Assembly (NCBI RefSeq): GCF_963921235.1
Contig: NC_086108.1
Span: forward strand, 25,792,001 to 25,856,000
DNA: 64,000 bases
Reading direction: 5' to 3'
Source: Mobula hypostoma
Taxonomy: Eukaryota
Below are positions 12,697 to 25,115 of this stretch, piece after piece. Every line of letters begins with the position of its first letter. The first letter of the stretch is position 1. The translations under genes were made by a program, and so were the position numbers. The notes under the pieces were generated by a model. That model saw only the letters and a program-made list of their open reading frames with translations, had not been told where the DNA came from and searched no databases.

Positions 12697-15358
12697 ATAC
12701 CCATCATAATTTTATATACCTCTATCAAATCTCCTCTCATTCTTCTACGCTCCAGGGAATAAAGTCCTAACCTATTCAACCTTTCTCTGTAACTGAGTTT
12801 CTCAAGTCCCGGCAACATCCTTGAAAACCTTCTCTGCACTCTTTCAACCTTATTTATATCCTTCCTGTAATTTGGTGACCAAAACTGAACACAATACTCC
12901 AGATTCGGCCTCACCAATGCCTTATACAACCTCATCATAACATTCCAGCTCTTATACTCAATACTTGATTAATAAAGGCCAATGTACCAAAAGCTCTCTT
13001 TACGACCCTATCTACCTGTGACGACACTTTTAGGGAATTTTGTATCTGTATTCCCAGATCCCTCTGTTCCACAGCACTCCTCAGTGCCTTACCTTTAACC
13101 CTGTATGTTCTACCTTGGTTTGTCCTTCCAACGTGCAATACCTCACACTTGTCAGTATTAAACTCCATCTGCCATTTTTCAGCCCATTTTTCCAGCTGGT
13201 CCAAGTCCCTCTGCAGGCTCTGAAAACCTTCCTCACTGTCTACTACACCTTCAATCTTTGTATCATCAGCAAATTTGCTGATCCAATTTACCACATTATC
13301 ATCCAGATCATTGATATAGATGACAAATAACAATAGACCCAGCACTGATCCCTGTGGCACACCACTAGTCACAGGCCTCCACTCAGAGAAGCAATTCTCT
13401 ACCACCACTCTCTGGCTTCTTCCATCGAGCCAATGTCTAATCCAATTTACCACCTCTCCATTTATACCTAGTGACTGAATTTTCCTAACTAACCTCCCAT
13501 GCAGGACCTTGTCAAAGGCCTTACTGAAGTCCATGTAGACAATATCCACTGCCTTCCCTTCATCCACTTTCCTGGTAACCTCCTCGAAAAACTCCAATAG
13601 ATTGGTCAAACATGACCTACCATGCACAAAGCCATGTTGACTCTCCCTAATAGGCCCCTGTCTATCCAAATGCTTGTAGATTCTGTCTCTTAGTACTCCC
13701 TCCAATAACTTACCTACTACTGACGTTAAACTCACCGGCCTATAATTTCCCGGATTACTTTTCGATCCTTTTTTAAACAACGGAACAACATGAGCCACTC
13801 TCCAATCCTCCGGCACTTCACCCGTAGGCAGCGATATTTTAAATATTTCTGCCAGGGCCCCCGCAATTTCAACACTAGTCTCCTTCAAGGTCCGAGGGAA
13901 CACTCTGTCAGGTCCCGGGGATTTATCCACTTTAATTTTCCTCAAGACAGCAAGCACCTCCTTCTTTTCAATCTGTACAGTTTCCATGGTCTCACTACTT
14001 GATTCCCTCAATTCCATAGATTTCATGCCAGCTTCCTTAGTAAGTGCAGACGCAAAAAACCTATTTAAGATCTCCCCCATTTCCTTTGGTTCTGCACAAA
14101 GCCGACCACTCTGATCTTCAAGAGGACCAATTTTATCCCTTACAATCCTTTTGCTCTTAATATACTTGTAAAAGCTCTTTGGATTATCCTTCACTTTGAC
14201 TGCCAAGGCAACCTCATGTCTTCTTTTAGCCCTCCTGATCTCTTTCTTAAGTATTTTCTTGCACTTCTTATACTCCTCAAGCACCTGATTTACCCCCTGT
14301 TTCCTATACATTTCATACAACTCCCTCTTCTTCTTTATCAGAGTTGCAATATCCCTTGAGAACCAAGGTTCCTTATTCCTATTCAATTTGCCTTTAATTC
14401 TGACAGGAACATACAAACTCTCCACTCTCAAAATTTCCCCTTTGAAGGCTTCCCACCTACCAATCACATCTTTGCCAGAGAACAACCTGTCCCAATCCAT
14501 GCTTTTTAGATCCTTTCTCATTTCTTCAAATTTGGCCTTCTTCCAGTTCAGAACCTTAACCCTAGGACCAGATCTATCCTTGTCCATGATCAAATTGAAA
14601 CTAATGGTGTTATGATCACTGGAACCAAAGTGCTCCCCTACACAGACTTCTGTCACTTGCCCTAATTCGTTACCCAACAGGAGATCCAATATTGCATCCC
14701 CTCTAGTTGGTCCCTGTATATATTGATTTAGAAAACTTTCCTGAACACATTTTACAAACTCTAAACCATCTAGACCCCTAACAGTATGGGAGTCCCAGTC
14801 AATGTATGGAAAATTAAAATCCCCTACCACCACAACTTTATATTTCCTGCTGTTGCCTGCTATCTCTCTGCAGATTTGCTCTTCTAATTCTAATTGACTA
14901 TTGGGTGGTCTGTAATACAATCCCACTAATGTGGCCATACCTTTCCTGTTTCTCAGCTCCACCCACGAGGACTCAGTAGACAAGCCCTCTAATCTGTCCT
15001 GCCTGAGCACTACTGTAATATTTTCCCTAACAAGCAATGCTACTCCCCCACCTTTCATTCCTCTGCCTCGATCACATCTGAAACATCAGAACCCTGGAAT
15101 ATTAAGCTGCCAGTCCTGCCCCTCCTGTAGCCAAGTTTCACTAATTGCTATAATGTCATAATTCTACATGTCAATCCACGCCCTCAACTCATCCGCCTTC
15201 CCCGCAATACTCCTAGCATTGAAATATATACACCTCAGAAGATTTTTACCACCACTCACAACCTTTCTATTAGCGGATTTGCTTGAACTTTTAACATCAT
15301 TTATTTTCACCCCAGCCACACTGTTAGCTCTGGCACCCTGGTTCCCATCCCCCTGCAA
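12697..15358 (-). pseudogene. CR1 ORF2 (APE endonuclease + reverse transcriptase), disrupted
   Basis: YFNARS, GDFNFP, SDHN, YMDFSKAFD, GVPQGSVLG, KFADD. Nonsense TAG at 15164-15166, TGA near 15087, frameshift near 12965, and C-terminus cut by the LTR insertion. Confidence 0.92.
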
Positions 15359-15360
15359 AT

Positions 15361-16320
15361 CTAGTTTAAAGCCTCCCCAGTAGCACTAACAAACCTCCCT
15401 GAAAGGATATTGGTCCCCCTGTAGTTCAAGTGTAACCCGTCTCTCTTGTACAGGTCCCACCTGCCCCTGAAGAGGTCCCAATGATCCTGAAATCTGAAAC
15501 CCTGCCCCCTACACCAGTTCCTCAGCCACTTGTTCCTCCTCCAGAGCATCCTATTCCTACCCTCACTGGCACCTAGCACAGGTAGCAATCCTGAGATTAC
15601 CACCCTGGAGGTCCTGCTTTTCAACTTCCTACCAAGCTCTCTATACTCACTCTCCAGGACCTCCTCACTCTTCCTTGCTATGTCATTGGTACCGATGTGC
15701 ACCACGACATCTGGCTGATCACCCTCCCACTTCAGAATGTCATGCAATCGATCAGAGACATCCTTGACCCTGGCACCTGGGAGGCAACAAACCATCCTGG
15801 ATTCTCTGTCACGACCACAGAACCTCCTATCTATACCTCTAACTATCGAGTCCCCTATCACTACCGCTCTCCTCTTTTTCCACCCTCCCTTCTGCACTGC
15901 AGAGCCAGACTCAGTGCCAGAGATCCGGCTACTGCATCTTGTCCCAGGTAAGTCACCAGTCACCCCCCCAACAGTATCCAATGTGGTATACTTGTTGTTG
16001 AGGTGAATGGCCACAGGGGAACCCTGCTCTGCCTGCCCTTTCCTCTTCCCTCGCCTGACAGTGACCCAATTTCCTGTCCTCTGCTCCTTTGGCATAACTA
16101 CCTCCCTGTAGCTACTATCTATAATCTCCTCATTCTCCCGAATGATCCGCAGGTCTTCCAGCTCCTGTTCCAGTTCCCTAACGCGGTTTGTCAGGAGCTG
16201 CAGCTGGATGCACTTCTTGCAGGTGTCGTTGTCAGGGACACTGGAGGGCTCCCTGACTTCCCACATCCTGCAAGAGGAGCATTCCAACATCCTGCCTGGC
16301 ATTCTCACTGCACTAAACAA
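15361..16320 (-). CDS. CR1 ORF1p: N-terminal Cys motifs, coiled coil and SGNH/GDSL-type esterase domain
   Basis: 319-aa open frame with CSSC...CKKC, VIGDSIVRG, CLPGARV, HIGTND and DGLHLN (SGNH blocks). Confidence 0.9.
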   Translation of the reverse strand: MFSAVRMPGRMLECSSCRMWEVREPSSVPDNDTCKKCIQLQLLTNRVRELEQELEDLRIIRENEEIIDSSYREVVMPKEQRTGNWVTVRRGKRKGQAEQGSPVAIHLNNKYTTLDTVGGVTGDLPGTRCSSRISGTESGSAVQKGGWKKRRAVVIGDSIVRGIDRRFCGRDRESRMVCCLPGARVKDVSDRLHDILKWEGDQPDVVVHIGTNDIARKSEEVLESEYRELGRKLKSRTSRVVISGLLPVLGASEGRNRMLWRRNKWLRNWCRGQGFRFQDHWDLFRGRWDLYKRDGLHLNYRGTNILSGRFVSATGEALN

Positions 16321-17644
16321 TCTGAACAGAAAACTTACCGGAACCTACCCTGGCCTCTGCCTGTTCTCGCCGAAGCCTGTTTGAGCCAAAGCCGTCCCAC
16401 TCTAACTCAGTCCGCTCCGATGATGGCCGCTACAACGATGGCCGCTGTATATAGTGGTCGGCTTTTTAAATCTTGGCGCACTACGTCACGCGCCTGCGCA
16501 GTGCAGACCCTTCTCCCCGAGCAGCGTTTAAAAAAAAACGACTTTTTCTATCCGATTTCTTCACTCCTTCTCAGCTGCTTGCTTCGACTGAAACAAGAAC
16601 CGTTGAAAATTTCTCTTTTTAAACCAGAGAATGACTTCAATAAGGTGTGAAGAAAATGGAGATCAATGGGGGAGAAAATATTTTCAAAGGAAAAGATTCC
16701 AGTGTCCGATATTATACCTGGAACAATTGGCTTTGGATGTTCCAATACTTTAACTCTGGGATAGTTACAGTTCAGCGTAGCATTATTGGCACAGTCTTTT
16801 AGTGAATAGTTATACTCCGTGAAACAATCAGAAGTGGACTTTACAAGCCACCTTCCTTCATGATTACTCCTGTAATGAGAACGAACACATTAGTCTTCAG
16901 AGGGGCACTGGTAAGATTAAGGATTATACTGGTCCTTTTATTTGTACTACATACATTCCAGGGAGTGGTGTTCTCCAACTACCCCTTATCCATCAAAGTA
17001 CAAACTCCCTGTTCCTCTCCCATTCCACACTCTCCATTATGTCCTACTAAATCATTCTAATGATGTTCAATGTACAACTGGACAATACCGTGATTTATAT
17101 TGAATACCAGCACCGCAGAGAGGGCTGAATTGGCTGAGACTTGGCGTTGGCAGCCTGGATCATGATAATATATTGGAAGGCTTGATGTTACCTATTTAAT
17201 TCTTCTCCCAGAGTTAGGTTTTACAATTCTCTGCCATGCTGACATTTTTCCAGTCATGAAGGGGTCGAGAAATAATCAAAAATATCTTAAATCCTAATAA
17301 ATAATTAAGAAGGTTTAAATACCACAACAGTCTCTTAAGTAATCCAATCATATGTACTACACCCGGAGATAAAATTGACAGGAAAGCTGGATGCTCTGGC
17401 ATTTGACCTATGGTATATGTAGCACGTGCATAATACAGAGATGGGTTGACATCTACGTGACTGGCAATTCAGTTTTCCCAACAAGAACTGTGACCCATAG
17501 TTAGCCAAATTTGGTCCATTATCAAAGCAATGAAACAACAATACAGAAGTCTTGAGGTCTAATTGAAGACTCAAATAAGTGCAGTTATTTATGGTTACAT
17601 TGTAAAAGATAACCATGTTAGTTGTCGACTTATTAAAAAAGAAA

Positions 17645-18447
17645 GCAAGACGGAGGCGGAGTTACGATGGCGCTAAACGGTGGCTCCTTTGCTTGCATCT
17701 TTGGAAACAGCTGTTGCCGTCTTTAATATCCTTATTTTTCCCTTTCAGGGTTCTTTTGAGAGCCCTGACCTGGATTTACACGCTGACTTTGGTTCTTTGC
17801 GGGGATGGGACCCGTTCTCGGGATTTCAGGGCCGGCCGATGTTTGGCATGCCAAGGGGGCGGCCTAGTGTTTGGAAGTCTAAGATCTCGGGGTTCTTGAG
17901 ACGAGCGGATCGAAGGTTAGTGTCATTGGGGAGGCCAGAAAATCTTTCACTATGGGCCTGAAGACCCGAGATCTTTGTGATCTTCGGGCACAGAGCTTGT
18001 AAAAAGCGATGAAACAAACTTCTTAACATTGTAAACCAGCGGGTTGTTGTTATGTCTCCCGCTCGATGTGAAAATGGGGGACACCTCCCTCTCCCTTGCC
18101 AGGGAGAGAGAACCTGTGGGTTGTCGAATGCCGGATGAAATGCGATTGTCTTTGGGATAACTGCAGGGTCTGTGTCTTTGCTATTGCTTAGCTCACGCTT
18201 GTTCTCGTAGAGGTTGCACTTTTTGTTTTGCCAGTGGGGGGGATGGGGGATTGTTGCTTGCCGCCGCTTATGTGAGAGAGGGGGAGTTGGGGGGGGCTTT
18301 GGGGTTCGCACAGTTAACTGTTGTTTATTCTTTGGGGGCATTTCTCTGTTTTTGCGGATGCATTGCGAAGATAAAGCATTTCAGGATGTATATTGTATCC
18401 ATTTCTCTGATGTTAAATTGAACCTGTGAATCTTTGAACCTTTGAAT
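17645..18447 (+). mobile_element. Non-autonomous retroposon with GC-rich head and (TTTGAA.C)n-like tail
   Basis: CpG-rich start (gatggcgc), no coding capacity, ends attaaa-like taaattgaacctgtgaatctttgaacctttgaa. Confidence 0.5.
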
Positions 18448-19020
18448 TTGTTTGTTTCTGGGGAGTTTGCTAACATTAACCAATCTGACTATCATTTGAG
18501 ACCCATCCCATAATGACACATCCTGACACTGTGAAACATTTAAAAATAAATCACTTAAAAACTACGATTCCAAAACAAATACAGTTACTTACTCTAACCC
18601 TCATCCTAGAAGCAATACAGTAATGAAAACATTTTGGCATTTATTATAAAGCTCCAGCATCCAAACTGAAGTAGAATGAGCTCAATAATGCAGGGGATTT
18701 CACTAACTGGGCTCTGCTACTGGACTCCATAGGGAGCGCGAGAATTTACAATTTGAATCTAAGAAAGCATCTATGTTTATTTACATAGAGGTTGTAAATA
18801 TATTTTCTGTTAAGGTGTTCCAAGCATTCTGAAGGGAGAGCAAAACAGATTAGTTTCTTTATCCATTTGATTACTAATTGAATTGGTTTAGTACAACACT
18901 ATGGGCTGAAGGGTCTGTGCCTGTGCTGTACTATTCTATACTCTATGCTCTATAAGGAGAGAGCAGAAATCTAATAATAAAATCTGTATAGAGGTTAAAA
19001 CAACTAACAGTTCAGGTCCA

Positions 19021-19241
19021 CACGAGGAAATCTGGAGATGCAGAAATTTCAAGCAACACACATAAAAGTTGCTGGTGAATGCAGCAGGCCAGGCAGCATC
19101 TCTAGGAAGAGGTACAGTCGACGTTTTGGGCCGAGACCCTTCGTCAGGACGGAGTGTCTCAGCCCGAAACGTCGACTGTACCTCTTCCTAGAGATGCAGC
19201 CTGGCCTGCTGCGTTCACCAGCAACTTTTATGTGTGTTGCT
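19021..19241. mobile_element. Miniature fold-back PLE insertion (two inverted terminal fragments)
   Basis: 19051-19137 pairs with 19156-19242. TSD taacagttcaggtcca (19005-19020) vs taacatttcaggtcaa (19242-19257), 14/16 identical. Confidence 0.88.
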
Positions 19242-20656
19242 TAACATTTCAGGTCAATTGCTTTCTATCAGAACTGCTTAACCAGTTCAAACTAAATTTG
19301 CAGAATTTTAAAAATACATTTAGGAGAAATGACTAACACTTGCGTTACAAAGGGGATAATTCTGGATGTAGTTTTGAGGAGTGAAACTGGCCAGGTGGAA
19401 GGGATAGGATTGATAGATTACTTATGGAAAAGGACAAACCCATAGACCAAATGCTAAAGTGCTCAGTTGTGAGATGGCTAATGTTACTGGATGAGGAAAT
19501 AATTGAGCAGAAGTGGACTGGAAGCAACTATCTGATGATAAACCAGTGACAGATCAGTGAAAGGCACAGGAGAAGCTGAGAGACTAAAGTTAATATATTC
19601 CTAACATCAATAGGTAGGTTTCCCAAATTTATATTCTTAGGATATTTGAGGACCATACAGGGAATAAGAAGTGTCTTCAAGATTATTTTGAATTGTTTTA
19701 AAAATTAGTAAGAACCTTTTCTAATTGCAAAGACATCCTGACTAAGGACTATCTGGAGCAGGATATTTATGCAGACTGCTTGAGGTTTAACTACCACTCA
19801 GACTATACTATTGTGCACTTGGATTCAAAGGGACAGCAATGTAAGCTACCTCACATCCAGGGAGGGTAAGATGGGAGATGTGGGAAAAGGATGGTGCAAT
19901 TTCAGAGAGAAGATCAGGGCTCCATAATCCATCTCAAGGTTAATTCGGCAATGAGGAAAGGTAACACCAGTCTCCTAGATCACAGCCTTCACTGGTTCAA
20001 GGATGTACCTATCCCACCTGTGCAATCACAGTAAGGCATAAATACCAGCCTTGTCAGCAAAACAAATGCTTTATAAATAATTTCTCCCAAAAGTCTCCAT
20101 GGCTTTACATTCATAAATGTAATCAGGAAAGTGAAAAATGAGGTAAGAGGTACAGAAAATGCTGAAAATGTTAATTTTTCTTAAAAGCCTTGACAAGAGC
20201 AGAACACTGGAACCTTCATAAATCAAAGAAACATCTGCAAATACTGGAAGTCCCAAGCAGAAATGTTGGAAATATTTGGCAGGCCAGGAAGTGTCTGTGG
20301 AGAAGCAATAAAATCAATATAATCAGATCAATGAACCTTCATCAAAATGTGTGAAAGTGGATGTGTTGAGGAGAATGGTGGACCTGTTGAAGACACATTA
20401 ACCAGAATTATAACTCTTTTTTTCCTCCACAGATGCTGCCTGACCTCCTGAGCATTTCCTACACTTTCTGTTTTTCTGCTTTGCATTTCTTTTTCAAATT
20501 TTAATAACATGAAGATTCCTGCATATTTGCAGCCTTGGGGAAAATGAGTTAGAAGTAACTATGCAACATTCTTTTAATGATGATGCAATGGGATTTTAAC
20601 CCCGAGGATTCAAGGCATTATATTTGGATTGCACTTTGAAACATTGTAAGAACAAT

Positions 20657-20942
20657 TGGGGCATCATGGTAGTGCAGCACAATGCTTTTTAGTACCAGTG
20701 ACCCGGGTTCAATTCTTTATGTCTGTAAGGAGTTTGTACATTCTCCCTGTGACCATGAGAGTTTCCTCCAGGTGCTCTAGTGTCCCACAGTCCAATGACC
20801 AATCGGTTGATAGGTTAATTGGTCATTGTAAATTGTCCAATGATTAGGCTAGGGATTATATCGGGGGATTGCTGGCCGGCGCAGCTTGAAGAGCTGGAAG
20901 AGCCTATTCCTCTCTGTATCTCAATAAATAAATAAAATAAAT
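20657..20942 (+). mobile_element. tRNA-derived SINE (V-SINE-like), (AAAT)n tail
   Basis: B-box-like gggttcaattc, V-domain-like ggagtttgtacattctccctgtg...gtttcctccaggtgctc, and an aataaataaataaa tail. Decayed relatives lie near 21975-22160, 27175-27340 (-), 33575-34200 and 37430-37590. Confidence 0.7.
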
Positions 20943-23802
20943 TACATATAAAACTCAAAGAAGAATTGACAGCATCAGGATCATTAATGAGCGCCTAAAT
21001 TACAGATTACAAATAAGAAAAGTTCTGAATCTGTCAAATTCCTAGACATGCTCATTATTAAGACAAAATAGGCATGAATAAATATGCACAGTTACACTGA
21101 TACTAATGTTGTTGGTTGCCATGGAGATTGCCACCGAAACACATAGAAAACCTAGAAAATGATTTTTTATCCAAACTAGCCAATTCATCTTTGGTGGCAC
21201 AGATCTTTACAGAAATGTTACCGTAACAAGAGAGAAGGAACAGATTGTATTGAAATCGTACAGGATTGCATGTGCAATTTGTTTCTTTTTTTCTAATGAC
21301 AGAACTATGGAAATGCACTCATTCTATCTGAATCATACAGTCAGAGAGGATCAACTCCTACTAAAATACAACTCAACATCTTAGTATCTAAGATATTGAG
21401 AGAATGGAATGCACATAAATTAATGATATTCTTTATCCGTTGCCTGGAACATTTGCAGCTGAAGGTTTTCTTTTCAGAATCATCACAGGACACTCACAGA
21501 GGACAGATTTTCATAGTATTTCATGTAAAGGGCTACTCTGCCATGAGATGCTTATCTCTGTGGGAGGATGCACTGCAGAAGGCTGCCTAGGGAAATAGGA
21601 GGCTAGGAAGGCAGATGTTGGCAACTCTGGGTGAATTGCTCCGTCATTTCTCCAGCTTCCTGCTTCAGTGGTAGAGCTACTGGGTGTGGTGCAGAAGTTT
21701 ACATTTCCGTATAACAGTTGAAGTAGGGCAAATGAGATGAGCATTCTCATTGTTGGGGAGGACTCATAAATGGATACCCCATTCATCAAGTGTAGAGAGG
21801 CAACTGGCTAAATGCCCCCAAGCACTTTGAAGAGCTATGTCCTTGGAAAGTCTCTAAGGTCCAAGTTTGTGATGTGGGCAGTGCACCAGCTATGCATGCA
21901 TATCTGGGCTGCACGGGTTCTAGAAGACAACACAAAGGTGCAGCAGGCAGTGCTGCTATGACCCAGCTCAAGTAAGCCAGGTTCAGTCCTGACCTCCGCT
22001 GCTGTCAGTCTGGAGTCTGTATTTTTTGCCTGTGTATGGGTTTTCCCAGATGCTTTGGTTTTCTCCCATGTCCCAGAAAAGTGCCGGTAGGTTAATTGGC
22101 TTCTTTAGATTGCCTCTAGTGAAGATGGGTGGAAGAAGAATTAAGGGGAGCTGATGAGGGAAGTAATGAAGGTTTTCCTTCACACCTACACACTTTGGTA
22201 TTCAACAACCAAGGGCACTTGCAGAAAAGAATGACTAGCTGGAAGGTGTGGAGAGAATTTCTCCCAAACAAATGAAAATTATGACTGAACATGTGCCAAT
22301 GGGCTGATGTTCATTAAGTCAAGACGGAGATATGTGGTGATATCTGAGGGCTGTCTCCATGAGATAGAAGTCAGCTCACCAGACAATAGCAGCACCATTT
22401 TTGTCAGCAGGTTTGAAAACAAGAATTGTTTTCAGTGAATGAAGGGCTACAATTTCAGCAGGAGGTAAGTTTGAGTGAATAAGGGCAGGGAAGAAAACTC
22501 AAAGCAGTCAATGGCATGTTGTGAATTGGTGATGAAGAGGTATGGAGAGGGGAAGAGACCCAGTGTAGATCCATAACACTGCAGTAGGCCTCACCTATAG
22601 ACGCATATGGAAGATGTGATCATTGGCAACAGTAAAAACGATAACCAGCTGATTGTTCACATCTGCAAATAGATTCTACTAAAGATCATTCATGGTTCAC
22701 TCAAAAAGATCTTTGAAAGAACTCTCTGGAGCAGTGACAAAGCAACTCAGAGGGCGTCACTTAAGCAGCCAAATGCTTTGCTATGAAAGACTTTAGCATC
22801 AACACATCCAAGGAAATCATTAGGGTGCAATCATTTGGCCTCTATAAGGACCTGTCTAATTAATGAGAAAACGCTGTGTGTGGACTGTCATGTACACATT
22901 TGGTTTTCTTCATCTTGGTCAAAGCAAAGTAGCTTTACATCTGTGTCTCTCTTGAGTCAGCAGCTGTTTTAGCATGTTGTAAAAGCACAGAAACACATAA
23001 AGCATCTTTTATTATTATTCAGCAAACCTTAGATTTCTGCATTCAGCGGTACATGCACAAAAGTTCATGGCTTCCTAAAAGTTCGGTGGCTGAAAGCTAG
23101 CGGTCCTAATCAGAATTATTGACTTCAGCTCAAAAGGATTCACCTTTTTAAGATACATAATAAATGTAATGCTCAAAATTGCTTGCTACTGCTACTTAAT
23201 ACTATTATGTTGGCTATTTCTGCATTAATACCTCTGAATAAGATATGCTGTAAATCTGCGATTGAACTAAACTGAGTGGCCCTGATTTTGCCAGAGTAAG
23301 CATTCTGAAATCCTCTGTGCTTCATGAGGATTTTTTTCTTTTGGTTTAACTAATGACAGGACTTTCTGAACTGTCGTAAACAGGACCAATACTCTACATC
23401 CTTGAAATAAATGCTGTGAAATATCAGTCCTAAAATTCAATGATATTTAATTGGCAATTATTGCAGAAATGTAACTATTTCATGAAATTCATGGGAGGTT
23501 ACAGCCTAGTTGCAATTTTCTGAAGAAAAGAAACAGAGCATCATATTTTATCCAGTAACCTGTAACAACGTGAAATTTTCTGAAATCTCTAGCTCACCTC
23601 AAAGAGCTACATCATTTAAAAATAAATGTTTGTAAGAGACATTAAACTCACAATTGTTTAGAAGAATTCTAGGTCAGCGTTTGGTAAAATGGTAGTATTG
23701 CCTTTATTATGATGTAAGGTGCAAGGTGAACTGCTACATTCCTCAGATTCATGTCTAGCTGGATGATAATGTTGAAGGTATTATGCATTCAAAGGCAAGA
23801 TA

Positions 23803-25115
23803 CAGTGCCTGTAAAAAGTATTCACCTCCCTTGGAAGTTTTCATGTTTTATTATTTTACAACATTGAAACACAATGGAATTAATTTGGCTTTTGTGAAAC
23901 TGATCAACAGTAAAAGACACTTTGGTGTCAAGCTGAAAGCAGATCTCTACAAATTAATTACAAATGTAAAACACAAAATAATTAATTTCATCTTAAGTAG
24001 TCACACTTTTTAATATGACACACCAAATCTTTAATGGTGCAGCCAATTGGTTTCAGAAGTCATATAATTAGTTAAATGGAGATCACCTGTGTGCAGTCAA
24101 GATATTTCAATTGATTGTAATAAAAATACAGTTGTAGCTGGAAGGTCCAACTGCTGGTGATTCGGTGTCATTGCAAAAACTACACCATGAAGACAAAAGA
24201 CAGTCCAGACAACTCTGCTAAAGGTTATTGAAAAGCATCAGTCAGGAAATGGATACAAGAAAATTTCCAAGTTACTGAATAGTCCTTGGAGCACAGTTAA
24301 ATCAACCACCAAAAAATGGAAAGAATATGGCACAGTTGTAAATCTGCCTAGAGCAGGCTGTCCTCAAAAACTCAGTGACCATGCAAGAAGGGAACTAGTG
24401 AGGGTGGCCACCAAGAGATCTATGACAACTCTGGAGGAGTTACAAGTTTCAGTGGGAGAGACTGTGCATACAACTCTTGCCTGGGTGCTTTACCAATGGC
24501 AGCTTTATGGGAAAGTGGCAAAGAGAAAGCAACTGTTGAAAACAAACTCTCATGAACTCTCAGCTAGAGTTTGCCAGAAGGCATATGGGTGACTCTGAAG
24601 TCAGCTGGAAGAAGCTTCTATGGTTTGATCAAACCAATATTGAGCTTTTGGCCATCAGACTAAATGCTATGTTTAGCATTAGCTGAACAACGCACATAAT
24701 CAAAAACATCCCATCCCTACCGTGAAGCATGGTGGTGACTGCATCATGCTGTGGGGATGCTTCATTGCAGCAAATCCTGGAAGGCTTGTGAAGGTAGAGG
24801 GTAACTGAATGCAGCAAAATAGAGAAATCCTGATGCAGTCTGCTGGAGATCTGCAACTTGGGAGAAGATTTATTTTCCAGCAAGACAATGACCCAAGTGT
24901 AAAGCCACAGCTACACAGTAATGGCTTAAAAACAACAAAGTTTATGTCGTGGAGAGGCCAAACCAGAGTCCAGACCTCAATCTAATTGAGAATTTGTGGC
25001 AGGACTTGAAGAGGGTGGTTCACTCATGACCCGCATGCAATCTAACAGAATTTTGAACAGTTTTGTAAAGAAGAATGGGGGAAAAATTGAAGTGTCCAGA
25101 TGTGCAAAGCTGACA
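23803..25115 (+). mobile_element. Decayed Tc1 (DD34E-type) DNA transposon, right end missing
   Basis: TA+CAGTGCCTGTAAAAAGTATTCA left TIR. Degenerate transposase from ATG 24187: GYKKISK, LWFDQT (WSDE), [23 protein letters not shown]. Confidence 0.88.

Larger units (their letters stand above)
11856..16590 (-). mobile_element. Near full-length young CR1 LINE (5'UTR, ORF1, ORF2, (TTCTATGG)n tail)
   Basis: Intact ORF1, ORF2 with few lesions, tandem 8-mer 3' tail at 11856-11880, CpG-rich 5'UTR. Confidence 0.95.

Noticed and set aside
16003..16650. 215-aa plus-strand ORF, and many other 60-200 aa ORFs in the track
   Set aside because: They are antisense or alternate-frame shadows of transposon ORFs or GC-rich UTRs with no recognisable domains.
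21115..21128. RFX X-box-like GTTGCCATGGAGAT
   Set aside because: Only one half-site matches well, and a single such motif in 64 kb is expected by chance.
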